Shown: positions 36,723 through 45,163, numbered from the stretch's first letter. The stretch is DNA of 46,416 nucleotides from a virus (IMGVR_UViG_3300020042_004802:1-46416), one strand, 5' to 3'. The notes: generated by a model not told the origin, from the sequence alone. Translations and numbers: made by a program.

Positions 36723-36845
36723 TTATAGTAATGGTAATAAGAATGCACATAGGGATGCGATTACTAATGCCGTGATTAATTCGCCTTTGTCTTGCGCCGC
36801 CTCTTCTCCTAGGAAGAATACAACTATCTTATTGAATGTCTTCAT
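36723..36845 (-). CDS. Small membrane peptide (40 aa, MKTFNKIVVFFLGEEAAQDKGELITALVIASLCAFLLPLL), not in ORF track
   Basis: Translated by hand; preceded by pseudoknot copy 4. Confidence 0.6.
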   Translation of the reverse strand: MKTFNKIVVFFLGEEAAQDKGELITALVIASLCAFLLPLL

Positions 36846-36853
36846 TGTAATAA

Positions 36854-36878
36854 GCGGTTGACCTATACACCGCAAGGT
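36854..36878 (-). ncRNA. Pre-start pseudoknot motif, copy 4
   Basis: ACCT-T-GCGGT-GTAT-AGGT-CA-ACCGC. Confidence 0.7.
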
Positions 36879-36900
36879 TGTTGTGAGATTAGATAATATA

Positions 36901-37833
36901 TTAAGAGGCTAAGATTACATCAAACAAGCGCTCATCAATAGTCTTTTGTTGGTCGAAAGTCTTTTGCAACTTGTTATGTAACAACTCGTTGAAAGCATTG
37001 TATACTATCCACTTGTTAGGCTTAGTATTTAACACCTTGGTCTCGCGTTGTACCACATCTAAGATAAAGCGAGCGTTCAAGCTAGGTGCGGGATTCTTAT
37101 CAGATGATTCGTACTTGATAAGGCTTAACTTCTTATTAACGTCTTGAATGTACTTCTCTACGTTTAAGACACGCGCCTCAGCTAGGATGTCGAACTTCTT
37201 CTTAAGGCTAAAGAATTCGTTATCCATAAAGTTTTCTACTAGTTCGCCTAGCTTAGGTAGTACAATCTCAGCAATTGACCCCGTGTGCTTAACGCTAAAT
37301 CCAATCTCTGTTTGTGCGATACATAAACCATTGTCACATACCTTGCGATACATACCGAATGACCCACTAGTCTTGTTAGACCCATCGTAGCTATTAGTAA
37401 ATCGTAGCATAGGGAATAGGATATCTTGGTCACCCTTAACCTCAATCTTGTAACGGTCATCCGCTAGGACATAGTCAACTGCAAAGGAGCGATTGTCGCG
37501 ATTGATAGAGCGTGACTTGTAGTAGATGTCCGCATCTATTAGCTTGCGCTCGGCTTCTAGGAAGAACACCTCATTAGGTAGGTGACCGTATGATTTAGAT
37601 ACCACATTAACTAGTGTGCCTCCGCAAATGATACCTTGCTCTAGACCCTTTCTTGTAGGCATATCTAATAGGTCAGACATTTGTACAATTTTGTTGTCAA
37701 CAAATACGTCATCTTGACGCGATTTTGCTAGTAAGTCATCTACTGACTTGGTAGTTCTGAAGTTCATTTTGCCATTGCCATTAGAGTTTAACAATGAATT
37801 GATTTGACGATTTGCTGTTTTTGAAACGTTCAT
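36901..37833 (-). CDS. DUF932/DUF945-like early protein
   Basis: VVSKSYGHLPN...FTNSYDGS...GMYRKVCDNGL...KHT...WIVYNAFNE pattern. Confidence 0.8.
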   Translation of the reverse strand: MNVSKTANRQINSLLNSNGNGKMNFRTTKSVDDLLAKSRQDDVFVDNKIVQMSDLLDMPTRKGLEQGIICGGTLVNVVSKSYGHLPNEVFFLEAERKLIDADIYYKSRSINRDNRSFAVDYVLADDRYKIEVKGDQDILFPMLRFTNSYDGSNKTSGSFGMYRKVCDNGLCIAQTEIGFSVKHTGSIAEIVLPKLGELVENFMDNEFFSLKKKFDILAEARVLNVEKYIQDVNKKLSLIKYESSDKNPAPSLNARFILDVVQRETKVLNTKPNKWIVYNAFNELLHNKLQKTFDQQKTIDERLFDVILAS

Positions 37834-37844
37834 AATAGTGTGTG

Positions 37845-37869
37845 TTCGGTTACCTAGCCACCGAAAGGA
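37845..37869 (-). ncRNA. Pre-start pseudoknot motif, copy 5
   Basis: TCCT-TTCGGT-GGCT-AGG-TA-ACCGAA. Confidence 0.65.
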
Positions 37870-37878
37870 TAAGTTTTT

Positions 37879-37928
37879 GTGTGAGACCCCCGAAGGGGTT
37901 TCGGCTATTCAAGCCTCATCAGTCACAC
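37879..37928 (-). ncRNA. Type I hammerhead ribozyme
   Basis: GTGTGA-CTGATGA-GGCT-TGAAT-AGCC-GAA-ACCCC-TTCG-GGGGT-C-TCACAC: complete catalytic core and three perfect stems; predicted cut after GUC, between 37885 and 37884. Confidence 0.92.
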
Positions 37929-37938
37929 TATATTAATA

Positions 37939-38172
37939 TTATTCTACTATTCTATAGAATTCTCTTTGCTTCATCAATGCCTTACCAAATGATGAATTGA
38001 CCGAATGGAATGATATTAAAACTTTACTTTGAGGATAGGCACATAGTAAAGGATTGTTTCCTTGCCAATAGATTTTATTATCCATACAATTAAACTTCTC
38101 GGCATAAGCGTGTAATGCTAGATACTTTGAACTAGCTTCGATAACGTGTAGGTTGTTTGTTACAAATTTCAT
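37939..38172 (-). CDS. First early hypothetical protein
   Basis: 77 aa, between the tRNA-like element and the hammerhead. Confidence 0.55.
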   Translation of the reverse strand: MKFVTNNLHVIEASSKYLALHAYAEKFNCMDNKIYWQGNNPLLCAYPQSKVLISFHSVNSSFGKALMKQREFYRIVE

Positions 38173-38189
38173 AATATAGTTGTTTAAGT

Positions 38190-38260
38190 TGGCGATTGGT
38201 AAGGGATTCGAACCCTACTCACACGGAACTAAGTCTTAGTGTGGTGACCTGCAACCAATC
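38190..38260 (-). ncRNA. Aberrant tRNA-like element with encoded CCA
   Basis: Acceptor GATTGGT/ACCAATC+G+CCA; T arm AGGG-TTCGAAT-CCCT; no recognisable D arm; central stem CACAC/GTGTG with a 14-nt loop. Confidence 0.7.
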
Positions 38261-38395
38261 GGTATGCGCAATCTTCGATGAGTATTAGCGATTTGCCTAG
38301 GCTATCCTTGGGCTATTTACCGACACTTTACTGCAACCTATGACCCTTAGGTGGTGGGGATTTTTTAACCCGCTTGACTGCGGATGATACTCAAG

Positions 38396-38408
38396 ATTTC
38401 AAAGAACA
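38396..38408 (-). promoter_or_regulatory. BoxA-like antitermination element
   Basis: Minus strand TGTTCTTTGAAAT, ~150 nt downstream of the early promoter. Confidence 0.5.
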
Positions 38409-38560
38409 TTTTAAGCATACTTTCGTCCGTTCGGTAGGGGCTATATGACAAACCTAGGTAGCTAGGTACAAGTACTTATGTTTAGTGTCTAGCCCGTTCT
38501 TACTGAGCCTATCCTTTGCACCACTATGGCAGTGGCATCCGTTTGTCTCGTTCGACATTA

Positions 38561-38591
38561 CAAAGGTATACTAAACTTTTAGCTTTACAAA
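38561..38591 (-). promoter_or_regulatory. Major early promoter (Bacteroidota sigma70)
   Basis: Minus strand TTTG-19 nt-TACCTTTG, consensus match at the head of the minus-strand gene block. Confidence 0.85.
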
Positions 38592-38734
38592 TTATCTAAT
38601 CTGTAATAACCTAGAAACACGACGAAATGGCGATATGTGTCGACGAAATCCCCAATTGTGTCGACGAACAGACCATATTTAGCGATATGTATCAAATTTT
38701 ACCCTTATCTAATCCTTGACATATACTGCAACCG

Positions 38735-38812
38735 AGCGCGCGCGTCACGTCACGCGTACACGCACACGCATACACACACGCGTAGGCGCACGTCACACGC
38801 GTACACGCGTAT
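38735..38812. repeat. Alternating purine-pyrimidine tract (CG/CA/CACGCGTA units)
   Basis: GCGCGCGCGTCACGTCACGCGTACACGCACACGCATACACACACGCGTAGGCGCACGTCACACGCGTACACGCGTATA. Confidence 0.75.
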
Positions 38813-39364
38813 AGCATTTTTTTTGACATCAAAATTACCCCGATTTTGCGTTTAAGGCATTATCTCGCATAGGGCTTATAGAATGGACATTTAAACAAGA
38901 AAATGTCTTAAATCAAAGATTTGACCCCTTAAAACGAATGCTAGTAAAATGGGGTGTTTGTTCTTGGGGGTGATGTGTGGCGGATAATTCCCTTAGGACA
39001 GATACGCCCTTCATTTAATCCTTTGGGCATATATTCCCCTACATTGTTTCCCTTTAGTGCAACACTATTGCATTTATTCCTTAGGGCAGATGACAATCGG
39101 AAAGATAATACCGATGACATAGGACATTGTACCAATGGGATACATTGGAAATTGTTTATTGTACCACATATATACATTGACCCGATTTTTGGATTTCGGA
39201 TTTGGGAAAGTGACCCCACCCCATCAGCAAAAGTCGTTTGTCGTTCTGCGTTGCGACCCGCTGTATAATATATATAACCATAAACCGACAACTACGCGGT
39301 GCAAAAATTGACAATATGATTATATCTATCTATCTTTACCTTTACAAACCAAACAAACATTTTA

Positions 39365-40009
39365 ATGCTTACTTACGATATCAAGAAATCGCCACCAAAT
39401 ACCGTCGTGGTTGAAGTTGGTTCTTCAATGGATGACACTGTCCAGTTCGGTAATTTAAAGCTCCATATAGACCCTGAATTTAATCCTACGCAGTATGCTA
39501 GAATCTATGGTCGTGTAATAGCGGTGCCAGACGGGAAGGCTTACAACGAAGAGGCTATTGAAATAGAAAAAGACGTAAAGGTAGGAGATATTATATACTT
39601 TCATTACTTAACTACATCCGATGAAAACAACTGTATCTACGGCAACTATTATAAAGTACCTTATTATTGGATATTTTGTGTCGTTAGGAGTGGTAGTATA
39701 TTACCTATTGGTGGCTGGACTTTATGTGAAACGGTGGTTGAGGAACAATTTAATACTGTTGAAGTTGGCGGTCAAAAAATTGAAGCTATAACATCGGCAT
39801 CTGGTCTAGTAATTGGCATCAACAAGAAGCCTTCAGATAAGTTTGCAAGACTGTCTCATATTGGCAAACCATTAGTTGGTGCAGATGAATTAAAAGTTAG
39901 TCAAGGCTCGCTTGTTTTCTTAAACAAAAACTCAAACTTTAAAAATACCGTCGAAGGAAAAGAGTACTATACAGTACGTCAAAGGGATATTTTATGTTCT
40001 AAAGACTAG
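39365..40009 (+). CDS. Tandem two-domain GroES-like co-chaperonin
   Basis: Domain 1 ...GRVIAVP...VKVGDIIYF; domain 2 PIGGWTL...TSASGLVI...VEGKEYYTVRQRDIL. Confidence 0.75.
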   Translation: MLTYDIKKSPPNTVVVEVGSSMDDTVQFGNLKLHIDPEFNPTQYARIYGRVIAVPDGKAYNEEAIEIEKDVKVGDIIYFHYLTTSDENNCIYGNYYKVPYYWIFCVVRSGSILPIGGWTLCETVVEEQFNTVEVGGQKIEAITSASGLVIGINKKPSDKFARLSHIGKPLVGADELKVSQGSLVFLNKNSNFKNTVEGKEYYTVRQRDILCSKD

Positions 40010-40017
40010 ACACCCTC

Positions 40018-40145
40018 TGCTACCACAGGGGCAGGGGGGGTATGCTACTACAGGGGCAGGGGGTATGCTACCACAGTAGCAGGGGTATGCTACTACAGGG
40101 GCACATAATATATAATATAATAAATAAGATTAATATATACTATTT
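40018..40145. repeat. Four iteron-like 16-mers plus AT-rich tract
   Basis: TGCTACCACAGGGGCA (40018), TGCTACTACAGGGGCA (40043), TGCTACCACAGTAGCA (40066), TGCTACTACAGGGGCA (40088), with G-run-TA spacers, then a nearly pure AT run. Confidence 0.8.
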
Positions 40146-40284
40146 TGCGGAGCCTAAAGGCTATCCAATATTGCAACAAAAAGAAGAAGCTTGCTTCTCT
40201 TAAAAGAAAAAAAAGAAACAGGTTGGGACGCCACGCCGCGAGCAAGTCTCAATACCGCGTAACATATAGTAGGAGTTAAAAGAT

Positions 40285-40845
40285 ATGGCATTATTCAATA
40301 AAGAAGATTTCTCAGATTTAGCAATACCTATCTATGATAGCAACCTTGTTAAAAATCCAATTATCAAACAGGTATTTGGCAACCCACCCAGTTCGGATAT
40401 TCCAATCCTTATTTATGTTGCACTCATATACGACCAGAAGAGTCCGCTGCGATTAAAGATATCTAACATACAGGAGCGCAAGGAGGAAGCTGCTGAGATG
40501 GCAGGCATTAAAACAGACACAGCTGATATCTTTGATTTAAGAGACAATAATATCCTTGTCTATATAAACTCCTACCTGCGACATCAATCGTCCAAGGTGT
40601 GGTCTGTATTAGCTGCTAACGAGGAGGTGCTATGGCAGTACCAGCAAGAGTTGTTGACTCCTATTAAAGATTTTAAAAACGACAAAGATAAGCTACAAGC
40701 ACTTGAGATTAAGACCAAGTTAATGCAGGAGTGTGATGCTATAATTAAAAGAATAGATGCCTACGAAGACAAACTCTTTGGCGACACTAAAGAAAAGAAG
40801 AGTGAGATTCTTAACCTAACGCCTGAGGCAATAGCTAATGTATAG
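40285..40845 (+). CDS. Probable terminase small subunit
   Basis: 186 aa, helical, overlaps the TerL start; function inferred from position only. Confidence 0.5.
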   Translation: MALFNKEDFSDLAIPIYDSNLVKNPIIKQVFGNPPSSDIPILIYVALIYDQKSPLRLKISNIQERKEEAAEMAGIKTDTADIFDLRDNNILVYINSYLRHQSSKVWSVLAANEEVLWQYQQELLTPIKDFKNDKDKLQALEIKTKLMQECDAIIKRIDAYEDKLFGDTKEKKSEILNLTPEAIANV

Positions 40846-42847
40846 AAAACACGCTAAAGGAAAGCCTTATGAAATTAACGGTATAACAGTCAGTATGCCG
40901 CCCAACGGCTACGTCTATAATATTATAACCAATCAGTGGGAGAAGCGTGAGATAATGTCTCGTTCTGTTAAGAAAGATTACCAGTACTGGGAGAGACCAG
41001 AGCCACCTAAAGACTACGAGACAAAACGTAAGAAAGAGATTGCTACACAAAAAACTTCTCCAGGATACTATAACCCTGAGCTGCAAGAGTACCGCAACCA
41101 AGAATGGGACAGAAGGCTTAACGGATTTTGGTTTTACAACAATGGTCACGCGACCTTTATAACGGGCTTACATTACTTCTACCTAGTGCATTGGAAACTT
41201 GACGTAGGATATCCATCCTTCAGAATGACTGACAGGGACTTCTTTTTATTCTTAGAATACGTTGTCCAAGACCCTAACTGTTTAGGAATGGTTGAGGTAA
41301 CTAAACGTCGTCAAGGAAAGACTATGCGCGCAGGTGCATTCCTGTTTGAATTAACATCTCGAAGCAAGAACAAGATTGCAGGCATACAGTCAAAGACGTA
41401 TGAGGACGCAAAGGATAACGTATTTGCTAAAGGAATTATTATGCCCTTTAAGTACTTACCTGACTTCTTTGTTCCTATATACGATACAGAGAAGGGTATG
41501 ACTCCTAAGGGAGAACTAAGATTCTTTAAGACAAACAAGCGCGGCGTTAACGACGATATCTTTGCGGAGAAGATTGAGCTAGAGTCATCTATTACGTTTC
41601 GTTCTGCTGACAAGTTTGCTTACGATGGAACAAAGCTTCATAGATACCTTGGAGACGAGGCAGGCAAGACAAAGAACGTTGACGTCTACGACAGACACCA
41701 AGTCTTACAGTTCTGCCTCCAACAGGAGGAAAACATTATTGGCAAGGCTTTATACACCACTACTGTCGAGGAGATGGAAGACGGAGGAGAATCTTTTAAA
41801 AGATTATGGGATGCCTCTAATCAAAGCGAAAAGAATACAAATGGTAGAACGCGTTCAGGATTATATCAATACTTTATGCCTGCCTATAAGACATTGTTTT
41901 ACGACAAGTTTGGTCAAGCTGACGAAGAAAAGGCAAAAGAATTTTACCTAGCAGAACGTTCTGCTTTAGAGATGGACCCGCGCGCATTGGCTTCTTTTAT
42001 AAGAAAGAATCCCTTTACAATAGGTGAGGCATTCTTTAGTGAGGCAGATACTTGTTTGTATGATGCGATGGCATTGAACAGACAGATGGAATCTATATCG
42101 TGGATTGCTGAAAAAGATTTATATTTGCGTGGAGAATTTGTTTGGGAAAAAGCGGAGCGCGACAGTAGAGTTGTTTTTAATGAAACATCTAATGGAAAGT
42201 TTTTAGTTCATAAGAAACTTAACATATACGACTACGCTAGTTTTAACCAAGTAGAGGAGTACGGTACTCGCAAGGTACCAAAAGAAAGTAAGAAGTACGC
42301 GATAGCAGTTGACCCCTTTGACCACAGCATTACGACAAGTAAGGAGCGCTCAGATGGTGCAGCTTATGTGTACAGGAGATATGATGCATTAGATGAGTTT
42401 AGTGAGACGTTTTTAGTTGAATATCTTAATAGACCAGAAAAGGCTGAGATATTCTACGAGGATATGATTAAGCTGTGTCACTTCTTTGGATGCGAGATAT
42501 TGTCTGAGGATAACAAGGTTGGATTGATTAAGTACTTTGAGTACAGGGGATATGAAAAGTTTCTAGTTAAACTACCTGGTGCGAGTAAGTATGGAATATC
42601 TGCTACAGTTAAGACGCATCAGCAGATTGCAGAAGTGACAGAAAGTTATATTACAGAGAACGTAGAAAAGGTTATCTTTATGCGATTATTAAAAGACTGG
42701 CTAACCTTTGATATTAATAAGACTACAAAATTTGATGCCGCGATGGCGAGTGGTTATACATTGATACAGGCTAACAAGTCTAAATTTAGTGAAAGAGTAG
42801 AGCAAAAACAAAAAATATACGACATAAGGGAGATATTCCCATTTTAA
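40838..42847 (+). CDS. terL: Terminase large subunit
   Basis: Walker A KRRQGKT, Walker B YLGDEAGK, nuclease AVDPFD and FDAAMASG; FITGLHYFYL motif. Confidence 0.92.
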   Translation: MYRKHAKGKPYEINGITVSMPPNGYVYNIITNQWEKREIMSRSVKKDYQYWERPEPPKDYETKRKKEIATQKTSPGYYNPELQEYRNQEWDRRLNGFWFYNNGHATFITGLHYFYLVHWKLDVGYPSFRMTDRDFFLFLEYVVQDPNCLGMVEVTKRRQGKTMRAGAFLFELTSRSKNKIAGIQSKTYEDAKDNVFAKGIIMPFKYLPDFFVPIYDTEKGMTPKGELRFFKTNKRGVNDDIFAEKIELESSITFRSADKFAYDGTKLHRYLGDEAGKTKNVDVYDRHQVLQFCLQQEENIIGKALYTTTVEEMEDGGESFKRLWDASNQSEKNTNGRTRSGLYQYFMPAYKTLFYDKFGQADEEKAKEFYLAERSALEMDPRALASFIRKNPFTIGEAFFSEADTCLYDAMALNRQMESISWIAEKDLYLRGEFVWEKAERDSRVVFNETSNGKFLVHKKLNIYDYASFNQVEEYGTRKVPKESKKYAIAVDPFDHSITTSKERSDGAAYVYRRYDALDEFSETFLVEYLNRPEKAEIFYEDMIKLCHFFGCEILSEDNKVGLIKYFEYRGYEKFLVKLPGASKYGISATVKTHQQIAEVTESYITENVEKVIFMRLLKDWLTFDINKTTKFDAAMASGYTLIQANKSKFSERVEQKQKIYDIREIFPF

Positions 42848-42850
42848 GCT

Positions 42851-45148
42851 ATGATGGAAAAAGATGTACCAAAGAATATGGACTTCCCAAGTCATTTAAT
42901 CGAAACCGAGAAGAAAGACAAGAACTGGATTTCACAATACATTAAAGCTGCCTGGCGAGACTTTGGAACCTATTACCCTAATCAACTATACAATGGTCGA
43001 GAAAACTATCACGAAATCAAGCTTTATATGCTTGGTAAACAGTCTATTAGCAGATATAAGAAGTTGGTTAACCCATCGTCCACTGCTAATGAAGACCAGT
43101 CAACAGCTAACATAAGCTGGGACATATTACCTATTATCCCTAAATTCCGTCGTATTGCGCTTGCTACATTAATGAAGTCTGACTTTAATATATCGGTAGA
43201 CGCCATTGACCCTATTGCACAGGATGATAAGAATCAGTTCTATGCTGACAATGCTGCTAAGTTAATCCTTAAAGAAGAGTTTGAAAAGCAAGGTGTTGAC
43301 CCAGAGTTAATTCCTAACGCTGATATTGACGCGGCTAATCTACAAGAGCTTGATATGTATATGAACTATTCATATAAGCATAGGATGGCTATTGAGATGG
43401 AACAGGCTCTTGATTTAATTTTAAATCTTAATAACTTTAACCAGGAACGCGCGCTTGCTATTGAAGACCTTCACGACTTTGGTATCGCAGGATACAGAGA
43501 ATATTTCGATGCTGCAGGAAACATTAAACTACGCAGAATAAATCCGTCCAATATGGTTATGTCTTATACGACTAATCCATCATTTAAGGATGTTCAGTAT
43601 ATGGGAGAGGTTGTTGAAATGACAATCTCAGACTTAAAAGAATTAGCTGGAGACCAGCTTACGACTGAGCAGTATGAAATGATTGCGGAAAAGTATACTA
43701 ACAAGATGGGAAATCCTACGCTTGTTAAGAACACAGGCTTTAATCAGACTAAGAACTATGACGGATTCCGTATCTCGGTACTAGACATTGAGTTCTACTC
43801 TGTTAACAGCCTTATCTTAGAAGAACGTGTTAACTCAAAAGGTAACGTTGTTGTGGGTAGAGCTTCGAAAGTAAAAGCGGGTCGCAAAGATAAGAAATAT
43901 TCTAAGACAGACTACAAGGTTGTTTACCAAGGTAAGTGGATTGTAGATAGCGACGTCTTCTTTGATTGCAAGCTTGCAACAAATATGAAGCGCGCCAAGT
44001 CTGACTTGACTAACACGACTTTGTCTTACCACGTTGTAGCGCCTAATATTTATCAGATGGTTACTTATTCATTAGGGAGCCAAATGAAAGCTATTGCTGA
44101 CCAGATTCAGTTGGCGTGGTACAAACTGCAGAACGTGATGCTACGCGCGCGTCCTCGTGGTATTATGATTGAGATTGGTGCGTTAGAGAATGTGCCTATT
44201 GGTAAAGCAGGTAAGGCATTAACGCCTATGCAGATTATTGACTTGTATAACCAGACAGGTAACTTGGTTTATCGCCGTTTATCTGACGAGGGTACAGCTA
44301 GTAACTACAAGCCTATTGAAGAACTTGATAACGGTATTGGTAGCGAAGCAAATCAGTACTTTGGAATCATTACAAATAACATCCAATTACTTCGCGACAT
44401 TTTAGGATTTAATGAAATTACAGATGGTTCAACACCTGACCCACGGACATTAAATGGTGTGGCGAAATATGCGTCCGAATCAACTAATAATTCATTAGAT
44501 TTTATTAAACGCGCAGAACGAGAGTTATTAGAGAAGCTATGCTACAGCTTAACACTTCGTATCCAAGATTCTGCTGAAAACGGGACTATTGAAGGATACA
44601 TTAGAGCTCTTGGTAGTTCATCCGTACAATTCTTTAAGTTAGACCCTAACACTAGCGCACACGAATGTGGTTTAATTGTTAGTCAAAAGCCTACTGAATT
44701 TGAAAAAGACAAATTAGCTCAGAGAGTTAATATGGCTATTCAGTCAGGGCAGATTACTTTAGCTGACGCTATTATGCTTGAGAATCTTGAGAATATGAAG
44801 TATGCAGAGGTTATGCTTGCATATAAGATTAAGCAGAATGACCAAGAGAAGCAGAAGCGCGCTATGGAGCAGCAGCAGATGAACGGTCAGATTCAACAGC
44901 AATCTGCCCAAGCAGCTGAGGCAGCTAAGCAGCAGACTCTTCAAATGGAAATACAACTTAAGTCTCAGTACCTACAGTTAGAAAAACAATTAGAGTCTCA
45001 GCTTTTGGGGATGAAACTTCAGAACGAGGCAATGATTGAGCAAGGTAAACTTGAGGGCAAGATTAACACGGCTAAGATTGAGGCAGACAGCCGAGAGTAT
45101 ATTGCCCAGATTAAGAAGGGTGAAAAATCGCTTGGAAGTAACGCATAA
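42851..45148 (+). CDS. Portal protein
   Basis: 765 aa after TerL; ISWDILPIIPKF, LRDILGFNEITDGSTPDPRTLNGV and Gln-rich C-terminal barrel. Confidence 0.88.
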   Translation: MMEKDVPKNMDFPSHLIETEKKDKNWISQYIKAAWRDFGTYYPNQLYNGRENYHEIKLYMLGKQSISRYKKLVNPSSTANEDQSTANISWDILPIIPKFRRIALATLMKSDFNISVDAIDPIAQDDKNQFYADNAAKLILKEEFEKQGVDPELIPNADIDAANLQELDMYMNYSYKHRMAIEMEQALDLILNLNNFNQERALAIEDLHDFGIAGYREYFDAAGNIKLRRINPSNMVMSYTTNPSFKDVQYMGEVVEMTISDLKELAGDQLTTEQYEMIAEKYTNKMGNPTLVKNTGFNQTKNYDGFRISVLDIEFYSVNSLILEERVNSKGNVVVGRASKVKAGRKDKKYSKTDYKVVYQGKWIVDSDVFFDCKLATNMKRAKSDLTNTTLSYHVVAPNIYQMVTYSLGSQMKAIADQIQLAWYKLQNVMLRARPRGIMIEIGALENVPIGKAGKALTPMQIIDLYNQTGNLVYRRLSDEGTASNYKPIEELDNGIGSEANQYFGIITNNIQLLRDILGFNEITDGSTPDPRTLNGVAKYASESTNNSLDFIKRAERELLEKLCYSLTLRIQDSAENGTIEGYIRALGSSSVQFFKLDPNTSAHECGLIVSQKPTEFEKDKLAQRVNMAIQSGQITLADAIMLENLENMKYAEVMLAYKIKQNDQEKQKRAMEQQQMNGQIQQQSAQAAEAAKQQTLQMEIQLKSQYLQLEKQLESQLLGMKLQNEAMIEQGKLEGKINTAKIEADSREYIAQIKKGEKSLGSNA

Positions 45149-45163
45149 TAATTTATACATTTG
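45131..45163 (+). promoter_or_regulatory. Bacteroidota-type promoter for scaffold/capsid genes
   Basis: CTTG-21 nt-TACATTTG, 22 nt before ATG 45186. Confidence 0.6.

Noticed and set aside
36112-37869. Repeated motif as a CRISPR mini-array
   Set aside because: Copies are separated by whole ORFs of unequal length and vary by compensatory pairing; no cas operon.
38637-39291. ORFs 38637-38855 (+), 38941-39291 (-) and 38954-39268 (+)
   Set aside because: They translate low-complexity or repeat DNA (for example HTHTHTR) in the divergent control region and lack typical leaders.
40838-45148. Introns or inteins in terL or portal
   Set aside because: Both frames are continuous, of ordinary length, with no intein or intron signatures visible.
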